Source: Octopus sinensis (taxonomy: Eukaryota). From it: a stretch of DNA of 64,000 nucleotides. The position numbers and the translations under genes were made by a program. Every line of letters starts with the position of its first letter. Position 1 is the first letter of the stretch. This document shows positions 13,385 to 26,299 of the stretch, piece after piece. The stretch covers positions 81,592,001 to 81,656,000 of the forward strand of contig NC_043004.1 in NCBI RefSeq assembly GCF_006345805.1. Direction: 5' to 3'. Below the pieces are notes generated by a model that was not told the DNA's origin, did not search any database, and saw nothing but the letters and a program-made list of their open reading frames with translations.

Positions 13385-14317
13385 CTGCAAATAAATAAAA
13401 TGAATAATTGATTAGACAAAAGTTTTGGAAACAACAATTATTAATTTGTGAGTTTTTTTTTTTTTAGAATTTAAAAAAAAAGTGTAAATTCTTTCTAAAA
13501 AATACAACATTTACAGAGAGAAAGGACAGTAAATCGAATCAACTTCAAAAGCAGAGGTTAAAAAGTTATGTTGGACCCTAATGGGAATATTTTTTTTCTT
13601 TTATTCTTTTACTTGTTTTATATTTCTTTACTAACCACAAGGGGCTAAACATAGAGGGGATAAACAAGGACAGACAAAGGGACTAAGTCGATTACATCGA
13701 CCCCAGAATGCAACTAGTTCTTAATTTATCGACCCTGAAAGGATGAAAGGCAAAGTCAACCTCGGCGGAATTTGAACTCAGAACACAAAGAGAGACAAAA
13801 TACCGCTAAGCATTTCGCCCGGTGTGCTAACAATTCTGTCAGCTCACCGCCTTAAAATTCTTTTACTTGTTTCAGTCATTTGACTGCAGCCATGCTGGAG
13901 CACTGCCTTTAGTTGAACAAATCGATCCCAGGACTTATTCTTTGTAGGCCTAATACTTATTCTATCAGTCTCTTTTGCTGAACCACTAATTTATGGGGAT
14001 GTAAACACAACAACATTGGTTGTCAAGTGATGATGGGAAACACAAACACTGACACACAAATACTTATATATATATATATATATATGTATGTATATATATA
14101 TATATATTTCAAAATGTAACCACATGTGAATCGTTAGCGTTTTTTTCCCTCCCTCTTCCTTTTCTATTGGACTTTGCCCTTTTCTGAACAAGAGCTTTGC
14201 TCGAAATGTTAAACCATCTTTCTTTCCTTCCCTGAGCATCTGCTAATACTTTGCATGCGCTGCGTCCTCGTGTTGTGGTTTTTTTTTGTGTTTGTTGGTC
14301 TTCTTTTTGGAGATTTA

Positions 14318-14371
<54 letters not shown>

Positions 14372-15728
14372 CTTCTTCCCTTCTTTCCTGAGCGTCCAAT
14401 AATACTTCATTTGTTCCACGTCCTCGCGTTGTTGTGTTTTTTTGTGTTTTCTTGTTTGGATTAACTATATATATATATACATACATGATGGGCTTTTTTC
14501 AGTTTCCGTCTACCAAATCCACTCACAAGGCTTTGGTCAGCCTGAAGCTACAGTAGAAGACACTTGCCCAAGGTGCTACACAGTGGGACTGAACCTGGAA
14601 CTAAGTGGTTGGAAAGCAAGCTTCTTACCACACAGCTTCTCCTACACCTAGGGTACTCTGCTCACCATGCTCATGACTCAGCCAGGTTACCACCTTAAAT
14701 GGAAGAAATATTCCAAAGCATTTTTCCCTGGTGCTGCAACAATCCTGCCAGCTTTGGTATCTTAACATAATAATTCTTTCTCCTAAAGGCAAAAGGCCTG
14801 AAATTTTGGGGGAGGGGATTAGTTGATTACATTGATCTCAGAGCTTGACTGGTACTTAATTCATCAACACTGAAAGGATGAAAGGCAAAGCTGACCTCGG
14901 TGGAATCTGAACTTAGAATGTAGCGATAGACGAAATGTTGCTAAGCATTTCGCCTGGCATACTAATGATTCTTATTTCTTTATTGCCCACAAGGGGCTAA
15001 ACATACAGGGGACAAAGATGGACAGACAAAGGGATTAAGATGATTACATCGACCCCAGTATGTAACTGGTACTTAATTTATAGACCCCAAAAGGATGAAA
15101 GGCAAAGTCAACCTCGGTGGAATTTGAACTCAGAACGTAGCGGCAGACAAAATACCGCTAAGCATTTCGCCTGGTGTACTAATGATTCTGCCAGCTCACC
15201 ACCCTAAATAATACTAACAATAATCCTTTTTACTAAAAGCACAAGGTCTGAAATTTTGAGGGAGGGTATTTAATTAATCAACTGTGGAAGGTGTTGATAA
15301 ATTAAGTACCAGTCGACCTCAGCAGAATTTGAACTCAGAGCATAGCAATGGATAAAATGCCGCTAAGCAATTTTCTCAGCATGCTAATGATTCTGCCAGC
15401 CTGCTGCCTTTACCTTAACATAATCATACAACATAATGTAGATAAGTTTAAACAGATCAATAGGTGGAGAGATTAGTGTCGTTGTTTGTTCAGTATTGGT
15501 TTTATTCAGTTGATACTAAATAGATTAACAGATTGCTTTCAACGACAAGCATTTGTTAAATTGTATATACATACATAGGCGCAGGAGTGGGTGTATGGTA
15601 AGTAGCTTGCTTACCAACCGCATAGTTCCGGGTTCAGTCCCACTGCATAGCACGTCTTCTACTATAGCCTCAGGCCAACCAAACCCTTGGGAGTGGATTT
15701 GGTAGACAGAAACTGAAAGAAGCCTGTC

Positions 15729-15768
<40 letters not shown>

Positions 15769-16044
15769 ATATGTTTGTCGTCCCCCCCACCCCCAACATC
15801 ACTTGACAACCAATACTGGTGTGTTTACATCCTTGTAACTCCATAACTAAGTGGTTTGGCTAAAGAGACTGATAGAATAAGTACTAGGCTTACAAAGAAT
15901 AAGTCCTGGAGTGAATTTGCTCGACTAAAGGCGGTGCCCCAGCATGGCCACAGTCAAATGACTGAAACAAGTAAAAGAATAAAAGAATATGTATTTGGTT
16001 GTTTTATGTCTGTTGTTCTTTCTGTATACTGGCATGGGTTAAAC

Positions 16045-16222
16045 CAGTGGTTCCCAAAGTGGGCAGTGTTGATCCCCTGAGGACAGTGAAAAATTCCAAG
16101 GGTTGCTTTGAATTTACTTCAGAAAGAGGTCTATGTTCGTGAGGTTAATTGGGGTGTTGGGTGCTAGGAATCTGGCCCAGGTGTCAAGGGGACAGCAACT
16201 CAGAAAAGTTTGGGAACCTCTG
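16045..16222. mobile_element. hAT (Charlie-like) MITE
   Basis: TIRs CAGTGGTTCCCAAA / TTTGGGAACCTCTG; 8-bp flanks ggttaaac / ggttagat (6/8). Confidence 0.75.
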
Positions 16223-16329
16223 GGTTAGATGAATGTGTTATAGAGGTATTATTTTACAGCTGGATGCCTTTCCTGTCACTGACCCTTACTTGTTTATGAA
16301 GTGAGGGATCTTATTTTACCCATCTTTAA

Positions 16330-17338
16330 CCCTTTAGTCAAATATAGCAGTGAGCTGGCAGAACTGTTAGCACGCCGGGTGAAATGCTTAGCAGTATGTC
16401 GTCTGTCTTTACATTCTAAGTTCAAATTCTGCCGAGGTTGACTTTGCCTTTCATCCTTTAATCATAAATTAAGTACCAGTTGCATACTGGGGTCAATCTT
16501 ATCGACTGGTACCCCTCCCCCAAAATTTTGGGTGTTGTCAAATGCAATGCTAATTTATGCACATTGTTTTGAATTAATCATGCATTATCTTGAAGTTTTG
16601 AGACTTCCAGGGGATTCTTTTACTTGTTAGTCATTTGACTGCGGCCATGCTGGAGCACCGCCTTCACTCGAACAAATCGACCCCCCTCCCCCGGACTTAT
16701 TCTTTGTAAGCCTAGTACTTATTCTATCGGTCTCTACCAAATTGCTGAGTTACCGGGACATAGACTCACCAACATCAGTTGTCAAGCAATGGGGGGGGGG
16801 GGACAAACACAGACACACCAACATATACATATATAGACATATGACAGGCTTCTTTCAGTTTCTGTCTACCAAATCCACTCACAAGGTTTTGGTCAGCCTG
16901 AGGCTATAGTAGAGGACACTTGCCCGAGGTGCCACACAGTGGGACTGAACCCGGAACCATGTTGTTAAGAAGCAAGCTTCTTACCACACAGCTATGCCTG
17001 TTCATTTTTAGAATGACATTGTATGGTAGGTGTGAGAAGCCAGATCTGACTAGGTTACACATAAAGCAAGTAGAATATCTTGGCTGGACATGGCTGGTTT
17101 AACCCTTTTGTTACCAACCTGGCTGAAACCGGCTCTGGCTCTGAGTACAAATGTCTTGTTTTCATAAGTTTTGAATTAAAATCTTCCACCAAACCTTAGT
17201 CACAATTTATGTTCCTAACACAAGCTGAATGATAACTAAGCTATTTTACTAAATTCTTTGTTATATTTAAATTTAATCGAAAGAAATACAGAGCATCTCA
17301 AAATAAATACAGTAACGAAAGGGTTAACTGCTAAGGGG
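16330..17338. mobile_element. piggyBac-type MITE-1 carrying three nested insertions
   Basis: TTAA|CCCTTTAG start; the internal segments match the uninterrupted copy at 44457-44675; degenerate right end ctaagggg|ctaa. Confidence 0.7.
17103..17323. mobile_element. piggyBac-type MITE-2 (related copies approx. 43797-44017 and 46775-47277)
   Basis: TTAA|CCCTTTTGTTAC ... GTAACGAAAGGG|TTAA, 221 bp. Confidence 0.88.
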
Positions 17339-18276
17339 CTAAAAGTGTGAAGCGAGCATAGAATTTATTGAGAGTAGAAGAGATAAAACAACAGGCCAGG
17401 CAATGGAAAACTTCCACAGAGAACAAACATAAAGCCATACACCAATGAACTTGTTTTTGTAAAATGTTCAGTTCTTTTTGAACAGACCTTGTGTATATAA
17501 ATACTATCTAAATATGTGTCACCGAAAGCAGCTAATCTATTTATTTATCAATGAATCACATTAATACAGAGCAAAAAACACATGTAATCAGTCCACCTTG
17601 TATTGATCTGTTTATAATCATTGTATTGTTATTATTGGGTTAAGCTTTTTGTTAAATATGACTTGCTGTTAGTCAAGCCACCTTGACTGGCTTCTGTGCG
17701 GGTGGCATGTAAAAAGCACTATCCGAAAGTGGCCGATGTCAGCGCCGCCTTGACTGGCTTCTGTGCTGGTTGCACGTAAAAAGCACCAACCGATCGTGGG
17801 ACGCTGCCAGCCTCCCCTGGCACCTGTGCTGGTGGCACGTAAAAGGCACCCACTACACTCACGGAGTGGTTGGCGTTAGGAAGGGCATCCAGCTGTAGAA
17901 ACACTGCCAGATCAGATTGGAGCCTGGTGCAGCCTCCTGGCTTCCCAGACCCCGGTCGAACCGTCCAACCCGTGCTAGCATGGAAAACGGATTATGATGA
18001 TGACTGTTTAATAAATAACAGTGAAACCCTTAGCAAAACTAACGCAACATATTCTTTTCCCATCATTTGTCTGTGTAAGGGGTATTTTGTCCCTTTATTT
18101 ATTCTTTCTTTTATTCTTTTACCTGTTTCAGCCATTTGACTGCAGCCATGCTGGAGCACCACCTTTAGTCGACTAAATCAACCCCCAGATCTTATTCTTT
18201 GTAAGCCTAGTACTTATTCTATTGGTCTCTTTTGTTGAAATGCTTAGTTACAGGGGACGTAAACACAGACACATAA

Positions 18277-18323
<47 letters not shown>

Positions 18324-18929
18324 ATGGGCTTCTTTACTAAGTGTTAAAAAAATGTGTAGAAAACGAATATAAAAACAAAAATTTGCGCAAACGAACGGGG
18401 GTGGTGGGCGGAAGGACTTTCAAAAAGTTCACAATATCCGATTTTCCCCTCATAACTTTCAGGAAAATGGATATATATTATAGAAGTTTTATAGAAATAC
18501 CGTTCAAATGGCACAGAATACGATTATAAAGCAAAACACAAAAATTTATTATATTTATAGAAGGAAGACCGTCGAGGGCCGCATGTGACCCTGAGAGCCA
18601 CGGGGCTCCTACTGTCTGCGTTTTGTTTTTGCCTGGAGTGGTTGCTATTGTGTTGCATGGCCCCTCTTAAAGTCCGACAAAGTAGGCCTACGCTTAAAGG
18701 GCTATTTGGTCTCTTTTTTTTTTGTATAAGAGGGATAACGTTTATCCAACTTGCCCTTTATTTATGACGGCAGGATTGTGATTTGAGGGGAAATTTTCGC
18801 TGTGATTTCTAGCAAGACAGCAACAAGCTACATTGTACACAGAGACACGTCTCGTTAGTTCGGAGTGGAAAGTATAAATTTTCTTGTCAAAGTTCCTAAT
18901 CTCTCTCTCTCTTCCCATATATATATATA

Positions 18930-19330
18930 TCTTTATATATCAAAGAGAGGTTGTGTGTCTGTCTCCTACGATTTAAATTCCTAACTACTCCCACATTTTG
19001 CGGTGCAGTTTAACCAAAAGCGGGTATCTTATAGTCGTGATTCATATCGAGCCCTTCTGGGTATTAGCGCGCGTCTACGATGAGTCTACGATTTAAAAAA
19101 AAATTTACCATCATTTTTTTTCCATTTTAATGAATTTTTTCGCTATTATATAAGGGAAGTAACTCTCTAAAAAGTCTACGATGAGTCAACGATTTAAAAA
19201 AAAATTTACCATCATTTTTTTTTCCATTTTTAATACATTTTTTGGCTATTTTTTTTGGCTATAACTCTCTAAAAATGCTTATATAGTTATTTCCCTTACA
19301 AACCCGAGCAACGCCGGGCGATACTGCTAG
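18930..19330 (+). mobile_element. Non-autonomous Helitron
   Basis: A|TCTTTATATATCAAAG start; 3' hairpin CCCGAGCAACGCCGGG then CTAG|T; no TSD. Confidence 0.88.
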
Positions 19331-19890
19331 TTGAGGTATAAAATATACTGAATGTAATTTGAGATGAAAGCAGAGCGAAAGTCAATCTGAAAAGAATGAC
19401 TTAAGAACGTCATTTCGTAAATCAGTGGTGGTGGTGGTGTATGTGAGAGATTGAGATAGATATATATATATATATAGAGAGAGAGAGGGGGAGGGGATAA
19501 AGAGAAAGACAGAGAGAAAAGGAAGAGTGACACTTCAGACCCAAATAAGCAGGAATCATGTGCTTCTCATAAGACGATGTGTATAAGTATATAATTGCGT
19601 GTATATATATATAAGCGTGAATATGTATATATGTATACATACATAAATTTAAAATGAGGGTGAGAAATTAGATATTAATTTAATTAACATCGATTTCACA
19701 CCAGTGGCCCAGCATATAAAAAAAAACTGAAGGTTCAGTAAAATTGTATTATATACATATTAGAGGGAAACCACTATGTGGACACTCTTATGCTAGAAAT
19801 AGATCCGCTATGGCCCTACCACTATTTCTTAGTGGTAAGGCCATAGCGGATCTATTTCTAGCATAAGGGTGTCCACATAGTGTTTCCCTC

Positions 19891-19923
<33 letters not shown>

Positions 19924-20164
19924 GTATACATACATATGTGTGTGTTGGGATTCAGAAAGTTATCAAAAAGAGTTCGGTTTGTAAACGAATGTTTTATTCT
20001 TGTTTCTCACCTGATATTTACAGGTGAGTCGCTCTAATTAAGCATGTGACTATTATGTCAACACACGGAAACATCATGAGAGAAACACACATACAGATAG
20101 ACAGACAGACAGACAGATAGATACACGTGCGCGAATGTGTTTTATTTGTTGCTGAGGTAGGATA

Positions 20165-20505
20165 GACAGCGTGTGGCTTAGTGGTGAGAGCGTCGGACTC
20201 TCAATCATGAGGTAGTGAGTTCGATACCCAGATCAGGCTGTGCGTTGTGTTCTTGAGCAAGACACTTTATTTCCCGTTGCTCCAGTTCACTCAGCTGTAG
20301 AAATGAGTTGCGATGTCACTGGTGCCAAACCGTATCGGCCCTTTTGCCAATCCCTTGGATAACATCGGTGACACGGAGAACGGAGGCTGGTATGCATGGC
20401 TACCACTGGTTCTTCCATAAAACAACCTGGCCCGGATTTGTGCCTCGGAAGGGAATTTTCTAGGTGCAATCCCATGGTCATTCATGACCGAAGGGGGTCT
20501 TTACT
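20165..20505 (+). mobile_element. tRNA-headed CORE-like SINE (related head/core at approx. 3853-4115)
   Basis: gtggcttagtggtgagagcg...gagttcgatac head followed by gttgtgttcttgagcaagacactttatttc..gttgctccagt core-like block. Confidence 0.7.
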
Positions 20506-20753
20506 TACTTATTTCAGACCCAAGCTAATTTCTATAATAGAGTAGTAGACCTATAATGAAAGACATTCCAGCTACGGCCATCCTTGTCTATTTTCATATC
20601 ATATCTTTCAGGATATAATTTAATATGCATTTCGTTGCTTGTTGAAGACTGTAAGTAGGATGTGATTTGACAGCTATTTCTAGTAGGTCGAGTAATCTAA
20701 CAGCGGATTGTAAGACTGAATAGGTGTACGCATATAATATCTATGTGTGCTTT

Positions 20754-20808
<55 letters not shown>

Positions 20809-20992
20809 ACAAAGGGTACGTACGCCGCTATATATATATATATATATATGTAAAAAAATACAAACTGGACAAGAACGCAAAACATTTAGAAGACGATACA
20901 AAAAACACGGACGGGACATTTGAAAGCTTCGAATGTCCCGTCCGTGCTATTTGTATCGTCTTCTAAATGTTTTGCGTTCATGTCCCAGTTTG

Positions 20993-21040
<48 letters not shown>

Positions 21041-21148
21041 ATACACACATAAATGTGTGTATATCAGTCATAATGAAGCAATTGTACTGAAATAGTGTAA
21101 CAGACTGTAGAAAAAAAGAGAAAGGATATTGTTAAATTTTTTCTAACT

Positions 21149-22190
21149 AAAGTTTTCAAATTTTTACCAGATCATTTTGAATATAGTTCGGATGTAGTTT
21201 TTTACGCTGGTAACAAAAATCATGTCTTTTTTTTTTTAAATAGAAATTATCAATAATAATAATAAAATTAGGTGCATTTAAAATTACGTAATTTTAACAA
21301 CTCGGCAACCTACATTGCCAGACAGGCCGCAAGTCGTGAGTGTCCTCATAAAAACAATACACGCGGTCTTCTAACTTGCTAAAAATAACAGCCACATCTT
21401 CCTTAAATTCCACTATAATGTATAACCCTCTCCACTACGAAACTGAATTTTTGTTAATAACATTTAAATTAAAGTCAATCTTCAAGTATGTGAACTTTTA
21501 TCAAACTTATGACCCTCTGAACACTTATTGAACCCCACAGACTGATAATTAAATGTACTTTCTCCTTTCTTATGATAAGATGGTGAATATATAATAATGT
21601 CACCGCAAATAAAATTGCACTTCATTTTTGATAGCTCTGACGAAGCTCTAGGGTGGTACACAAGCACTCAACAATGAGTGCATTGTACCTTATAGCAGAA
21701 ACAGCTGTGAGCCAATAAAATTAATATACTTTCTTAATCTTTTGTCTGTACTCAACTGACGCTTTGTTCTAAAATTGTAAACAAAGTTTAAAAGAAAAAG
21801 TTGGTGGTTGTGATGGAGAAAGAACTGGTCACCGATATTTCAACCAATCAATGACGACTATCGAGGTGAATACAATATATCCGGATCTTTGTCAACAACA
21901 ATTGTTATGCTGTAGTTTAAGGAAGATTTGGCTGTTATTTCTAGCAGGTCGAGAGACTACGTAATGATTTCGTAAGTGCGAAATCTATAGGGACAGTCAC
22001 GACTTCCGGTCAGCTGGCAATGTAGGCTGCCGAATGGTTAAAATTACATAATTTCAAATGCTTCTAACATGTCTTATAATTAATTTCTATATATATGAAA
22101 CAAAGAATGCGATTTTCATCATCAGTATGCACAACTATATCCCAGCTATATCTTATTCAAAATGATTTGGTAAAAATTTGAAAAACTTTT
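21149..22190. mobile_element. Degenerate DNA transposon with ~175-bp inverted arms
   Basis: 21149-21321 and 22014-22190 are reverse complements by eye; interior has Cys/His-containing ORF remnants; superfamily undetermined. Confidence 0.55.
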
Positions 22191-22895
22191 GGGTGGTTTG
22201 AAGAAAATCTGAGAAAAAAAAGCCACAACCATTCATATTAAACAATAACAAAAACTCTATCAAGATGACAGCTATAATGTATTTTAACTGCGGAAATTAA
22301 AATACATATTAATTGTTGTATACTATATAGATCAGAATAGATTAAATCCTAACTAATATAATTTATATATTTAAGATCAGTGTTAAAACGAAAATGAAAG
22401 CCCCGACTAATTTTTTTAATTAATTTTCAGCCCTAATTAGTAATTACATTACGATGTGTCTGTGTATGTCTGGTATATACATAATGTGTCTGTATGTGTC
22501 TGTATTTCAGGTAAATAAATTATAAGTATATGCAAGGTTATGTATATATGGTTGTGTACGCACTTGTGTGTAGTTTAGGTGTATACATATTTTTATGATG
22601 AATATGTATATGTGTGTTTAAGTGTCCATATGTATTACACGCGCATTTCATGTGTGTACAGACATGTCGGGGTGTATACATATGTGTATATATATACAGA
22701 CAGACAGATAGATAGACAGGTAGGTGTGCAATCCAACGATGGTTTAGCTGGCCGAAACTTCGAAGTCACTGTCAACAACACCCTTGTATAAGAATATATA
22801 CACACACACATACATACATACATACACAATTCGCTTTCAGTTTTCATTATTAATTTCCACTAATAAAATACGAAGCCTTCGGTTACTCTCCATCC

Positions 22896-22937
22896 TTACA
22901 CATGTATGTGTGTATATAAATATAAATATATATACAC

Positions 22938-22970
<33 letters not shown>

Positions 22971-22976
22971 CATACA

Positions 22977-23022
<46 letters not shown>

Positions 23023-23234
23023 ACATACATGTGTATATAATATAATATATATATAGACATACATGTGTGTATATATATATTATATATATATATAGACATA
23101 CATGTGTGGTGTGGTGTATATATATATATAGACATACATGTGGTGTATATATATATAGACATACATGTGTGTGTATATATATATATAGACATACATGTGT
23201 GTGTGTGTATATATATATATATTATAGACATACA

Positions 23235-23279
<45 letters not shown>

Positions 23280-23334
23280 ATATAGACAGATAGGTAGATA
23301 GATAAACAGACAGACAGACAATAGATAGATAGAT

Positions 23335-23391
<57 letters not shown>

Positions 23392-23425
23392 GATATAAAT
23401 AGATAGATAGATAGATAGATAGACA
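22896..23425. repeat. (TA)n/gacatacatgtgtg minisatellite followed by (GATA)n
   Basis: Direct inspection; LMBRD1 intron 1. Confidence 0.9.
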
Positions 23426-23627
23426 GACAGATGTTAGTTAATTTTTTGGCTCAAAAAGCAAAAAGCAAGGCCATGTAGATAGATAATGAGTGTATAAAAG
23501 AGACAGACGCACAGACGGACAACAGACAGACAGAAAATATATACTCCCGTACATGAGACGAGGAAGAACATACGGCAAACAGAAAAATGTATGTAGATAG
23601 ATAGAAAATATATAATGCAATACTCAC

Positions 23628-23687
23628 CAATAATATAACTACGAAGGGTAGCCACCCCTCAATTAAGGCAACACTTACGGACACCAT
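23628..23687 (-). CDS. LMBRD1: LMBRD1 coding exon 1 (MVSVSVALIEGWLPFVVILL)
   Basis: ATG at 23687; 60 nt ending at a gtgagt donor, phase 0; hydrophobic GW-containing N-terminus resembling LMBRD1 exon 1; in frame with the exon at 13384. Confidence 0.8.
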
Positions 23688-24493
23688 GGTCGTAGGTAAT
23701 TAGATAATTAGGTATTTCTTCCGCTGTTTGTGTGTGTGTGTGTGTCTCTCTCTCTCTACCAGGAAGTCTGATTATGATTATTGTTATTATTATTATTAGT
23801 AACAACAAAGACTCCAACACAACACAACACTATATAATATATATTATATATTATATATGTGCGTGTATTTATATATATATATTATATATATATATATGTT
23901 TGTGTGTGTGTGTTACTCTAATTTCCACCTGGCAACGGTATCTGATCGCTCCTTTTTCTCTTTTGCTGTGTGTATATATATTATATGTATAAATTAATAT
24001 ACGCAAATATAGGCTATATATATATGCGTGTGTATATATATAGCAGGAGTTTTAGTTTGAAATTGAAATCTATTAAAAAGCGTCTTGTAGAATGTCACGC
24101 TCAAGTCTCGTTCTAACGAGATCTCAAAGTTTTACGCAAGTTTTATTCAGATAGGCAACGGCCATGCTGGAGCACTACCGCCTTGAAGAGATTATTGTCG
24201 AATAAATCGATTCCAGAACTTATTCGTTACCCAATTATTTATTTGTTTCTTTGTTTATTTATTTCGTGGGGAAGAGCCTGGTACTTAAGTTATCGGTGTC
24301 TATTTTTTTTTTTGTCGGGGATGTAAACAAACTAACACTGGTTAGTTTGATGGTGAAGGACATATATAATGTTCACCCCTTCCCATCGCCTTGGCTTAGC
24401 CCTCACCGTTTGTTTTTTACTTTTTTTCTCTCTGTCCTGTTTTTGTTACCACTTTCATCCTCCGCAAAAAATCCCAAATTTCATTTAATTTGC

Positions 24494-24693
24494 GGCGGTC
24501 TTTCGCTACAAGTACCATAACTGCCAGTTATAAACCCACGTGGGTTTATTTACATTTCTGAAGAAAGAAGAAACCTTTTTCCCCAATCCCTAACCCTAAC
24601 CCCACATATATAAAAAAAAAAAAAAAAACTTTACGGATCTTCTTCAAATGTAAACAGACTTGGCAGTTATGGTACTTGTACCGAAAGATCGCC
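24494..24693. mobile_element. 200-bp MITE with 33-bp TIRs, perfect 8-bp TSD and internal CCCTAA repeats
   Basis: GGCGGTCTTTCGCTACAAGTACCATAACTGCCA / inverse with 2 mismatches; TSD TAATTTGC on both sides. Confidence 0.9.
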
Positions 24694-25089
24694 TAATTTG
24701 CTTTGTGGGAAGGATTGTTTTAACGAAGTCGCATCTTGTCCTTATCTTCGAGACGCGGTGTAGATGAAACAGGGGACAACTGATGAAGGGAATGTTCTTT
24801 ATGTTGCATGTCTCGTTTTTCTGTTTATTTGGGGGTTTTTTTCGTTGTTCGAAAAAAAGTTCGTTTTTTTATGTTTTCGTTTCTCATTCTGTCCACGTTT
24901 TTTTTATGTCCTGTACCTATATATACATATAAATATATGCATATGTACATACCTACATATATATTGTTTTCGTTCCAGCGCACGATCTCAGATCAGGTCA
25001 CTTGCTATGCAAGTACATCTCCGTAGTATTTATATATTATTTAATGTAAACTTATCTTCATCAAAGTCACTCTGAGTGTTTCAAATATA

Positions 25090-25505
25090 GGATCTTTTCG
25101 GTTTGAACGGCAGTTTTTTAAAATAATTTCCACGTACTAAACACTTTTAAACTTTGTATGCTGGTAGAATGTGTTTATAAACATCTTTTTCTCTTGGCTT
25201 TTTGAGAAAATTCTATGGTTTGTAGATATTTGTTGTTTTTTTTTTCTTCAATTTCTGCAATTCAACCAATCAATGACGTCTATTGAGGTGAAAACATTCT
25301 GTGCCGTATGAATATGTCCCTCGTTTAAGAAAACAGATTGGGTTTATTTACATTTGTGAGAAAAAAAAAAAAGATACCCTCCCCCCCCCCAACCCTAACC
25401 CTAAAACAGATAGAAATGCAATAGATCGATACTAGGGTCATAATTATGGGTGACAATTTCATATGACACCGCTAGAAAAAAGTGCCGTTCAAACCGAAAA
25501 GATGC
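25090..25505. mobile_element. ~415-bp MITE with internal CCCTAA repeats (copies 29351-29763 and truncated 55826-56394)
   Basis: TIR G(G/C)ATCTTTTCGGTTTGAACGGCA; 8-bp TSD CAAATATA; second copy highly similar. Confidence 0.88.
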
Positions 25506-25891
25506 CAAATATACATTATTTGCGTCGTTCAACGTGCAACGTCCGTGACGCTGTTATTGTTGAGCTGAAATGGCGAAATGAAATCTGATAGGAAACAACG
25601 CAGCAACAATAATATAAATAGGTTTTCTGAGAATTATCCCACGTGACAGCGAAATTAGATCTTTCTCTGCACACCAACACACATTTTTGTCTTGTTTCAG
25701 TCATCGCAGTGCGGCCATGCTGGTACACCACCACGAAGGGTTTTAGTCGAACGAATCACCACCACCACCACCACCACCGACCGCCCCACCCAGTACTTAA
25801 TGTTTTTAAGTGTTGGTATTTATTCTATCGATATCTTAAGCCGAACTGCTAGGTTACGGGTTTGACCCAAGCAAAAAAAAAAGAAAAAATA

Positions 25892-26299
25892 GGCGCAGGA
25901 GAGGCTGTGTGTTAAGTAGCTTGCTTACCAACCACATGGTTCCGGGTTCAGTCCCACTGCATGGCATCTTGGGCAAGTGTCTTCTGCTATAACCCCGGGC
26001 TGACCAATACCTTGTGAGTGGATTTGGTAGACGGAAACTGAAAGAAGCCTGTCGTATATGTGTATATATATATCAGTGTGTGTGTATATGTTTGTGTGTC
26101 TGTGTTTGTCCCCCTAGCATTGCTTGAGAACCGATGCTGGTGTGTTTACGTCCCCGTTACTTAGCGGTTCGGCAAAAGAGACCGATAGAATAAGTACTGG
26201 GCTTACAAAGAATAAGTCCCGGGGTCGATTTGCTCGACTAAAGGCGGTGCTCCAGCATGGCCGCAGTCAAATGACTGAAACAAGTAAAGAGTAAAGAGA
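25892..26299 (+). mobile_element. SINE family B with internal (TA/TG)n, representative copy (others approx. 5390-5760-, 15578-15990+, 16617-17000-, 53205-53590+, 61698-62070+)
   Basis: Head gcgcaggagtggctgtgtggtaag...gggttcagtcccactg, central microsatellite, tail ...ggtgctccagcatggccgcagtcaaatgactgaaacaag; dozens of fragments in the window. Confidence 0.88.

Noticed and set aside
24744-24800. Hammerhead-ribozyme-like words (GAGAC/GAAAC ... CTGATGA; also CTGATGA on the minus strand near 46330 and a related copy near 27340-27365)
   Set aside because: I could not assemble canonical stems I-III or a GAAA directly after stem II; at best these are degenerate remnants. An Infernal search with hammerhead models on the family consensus would settle it.
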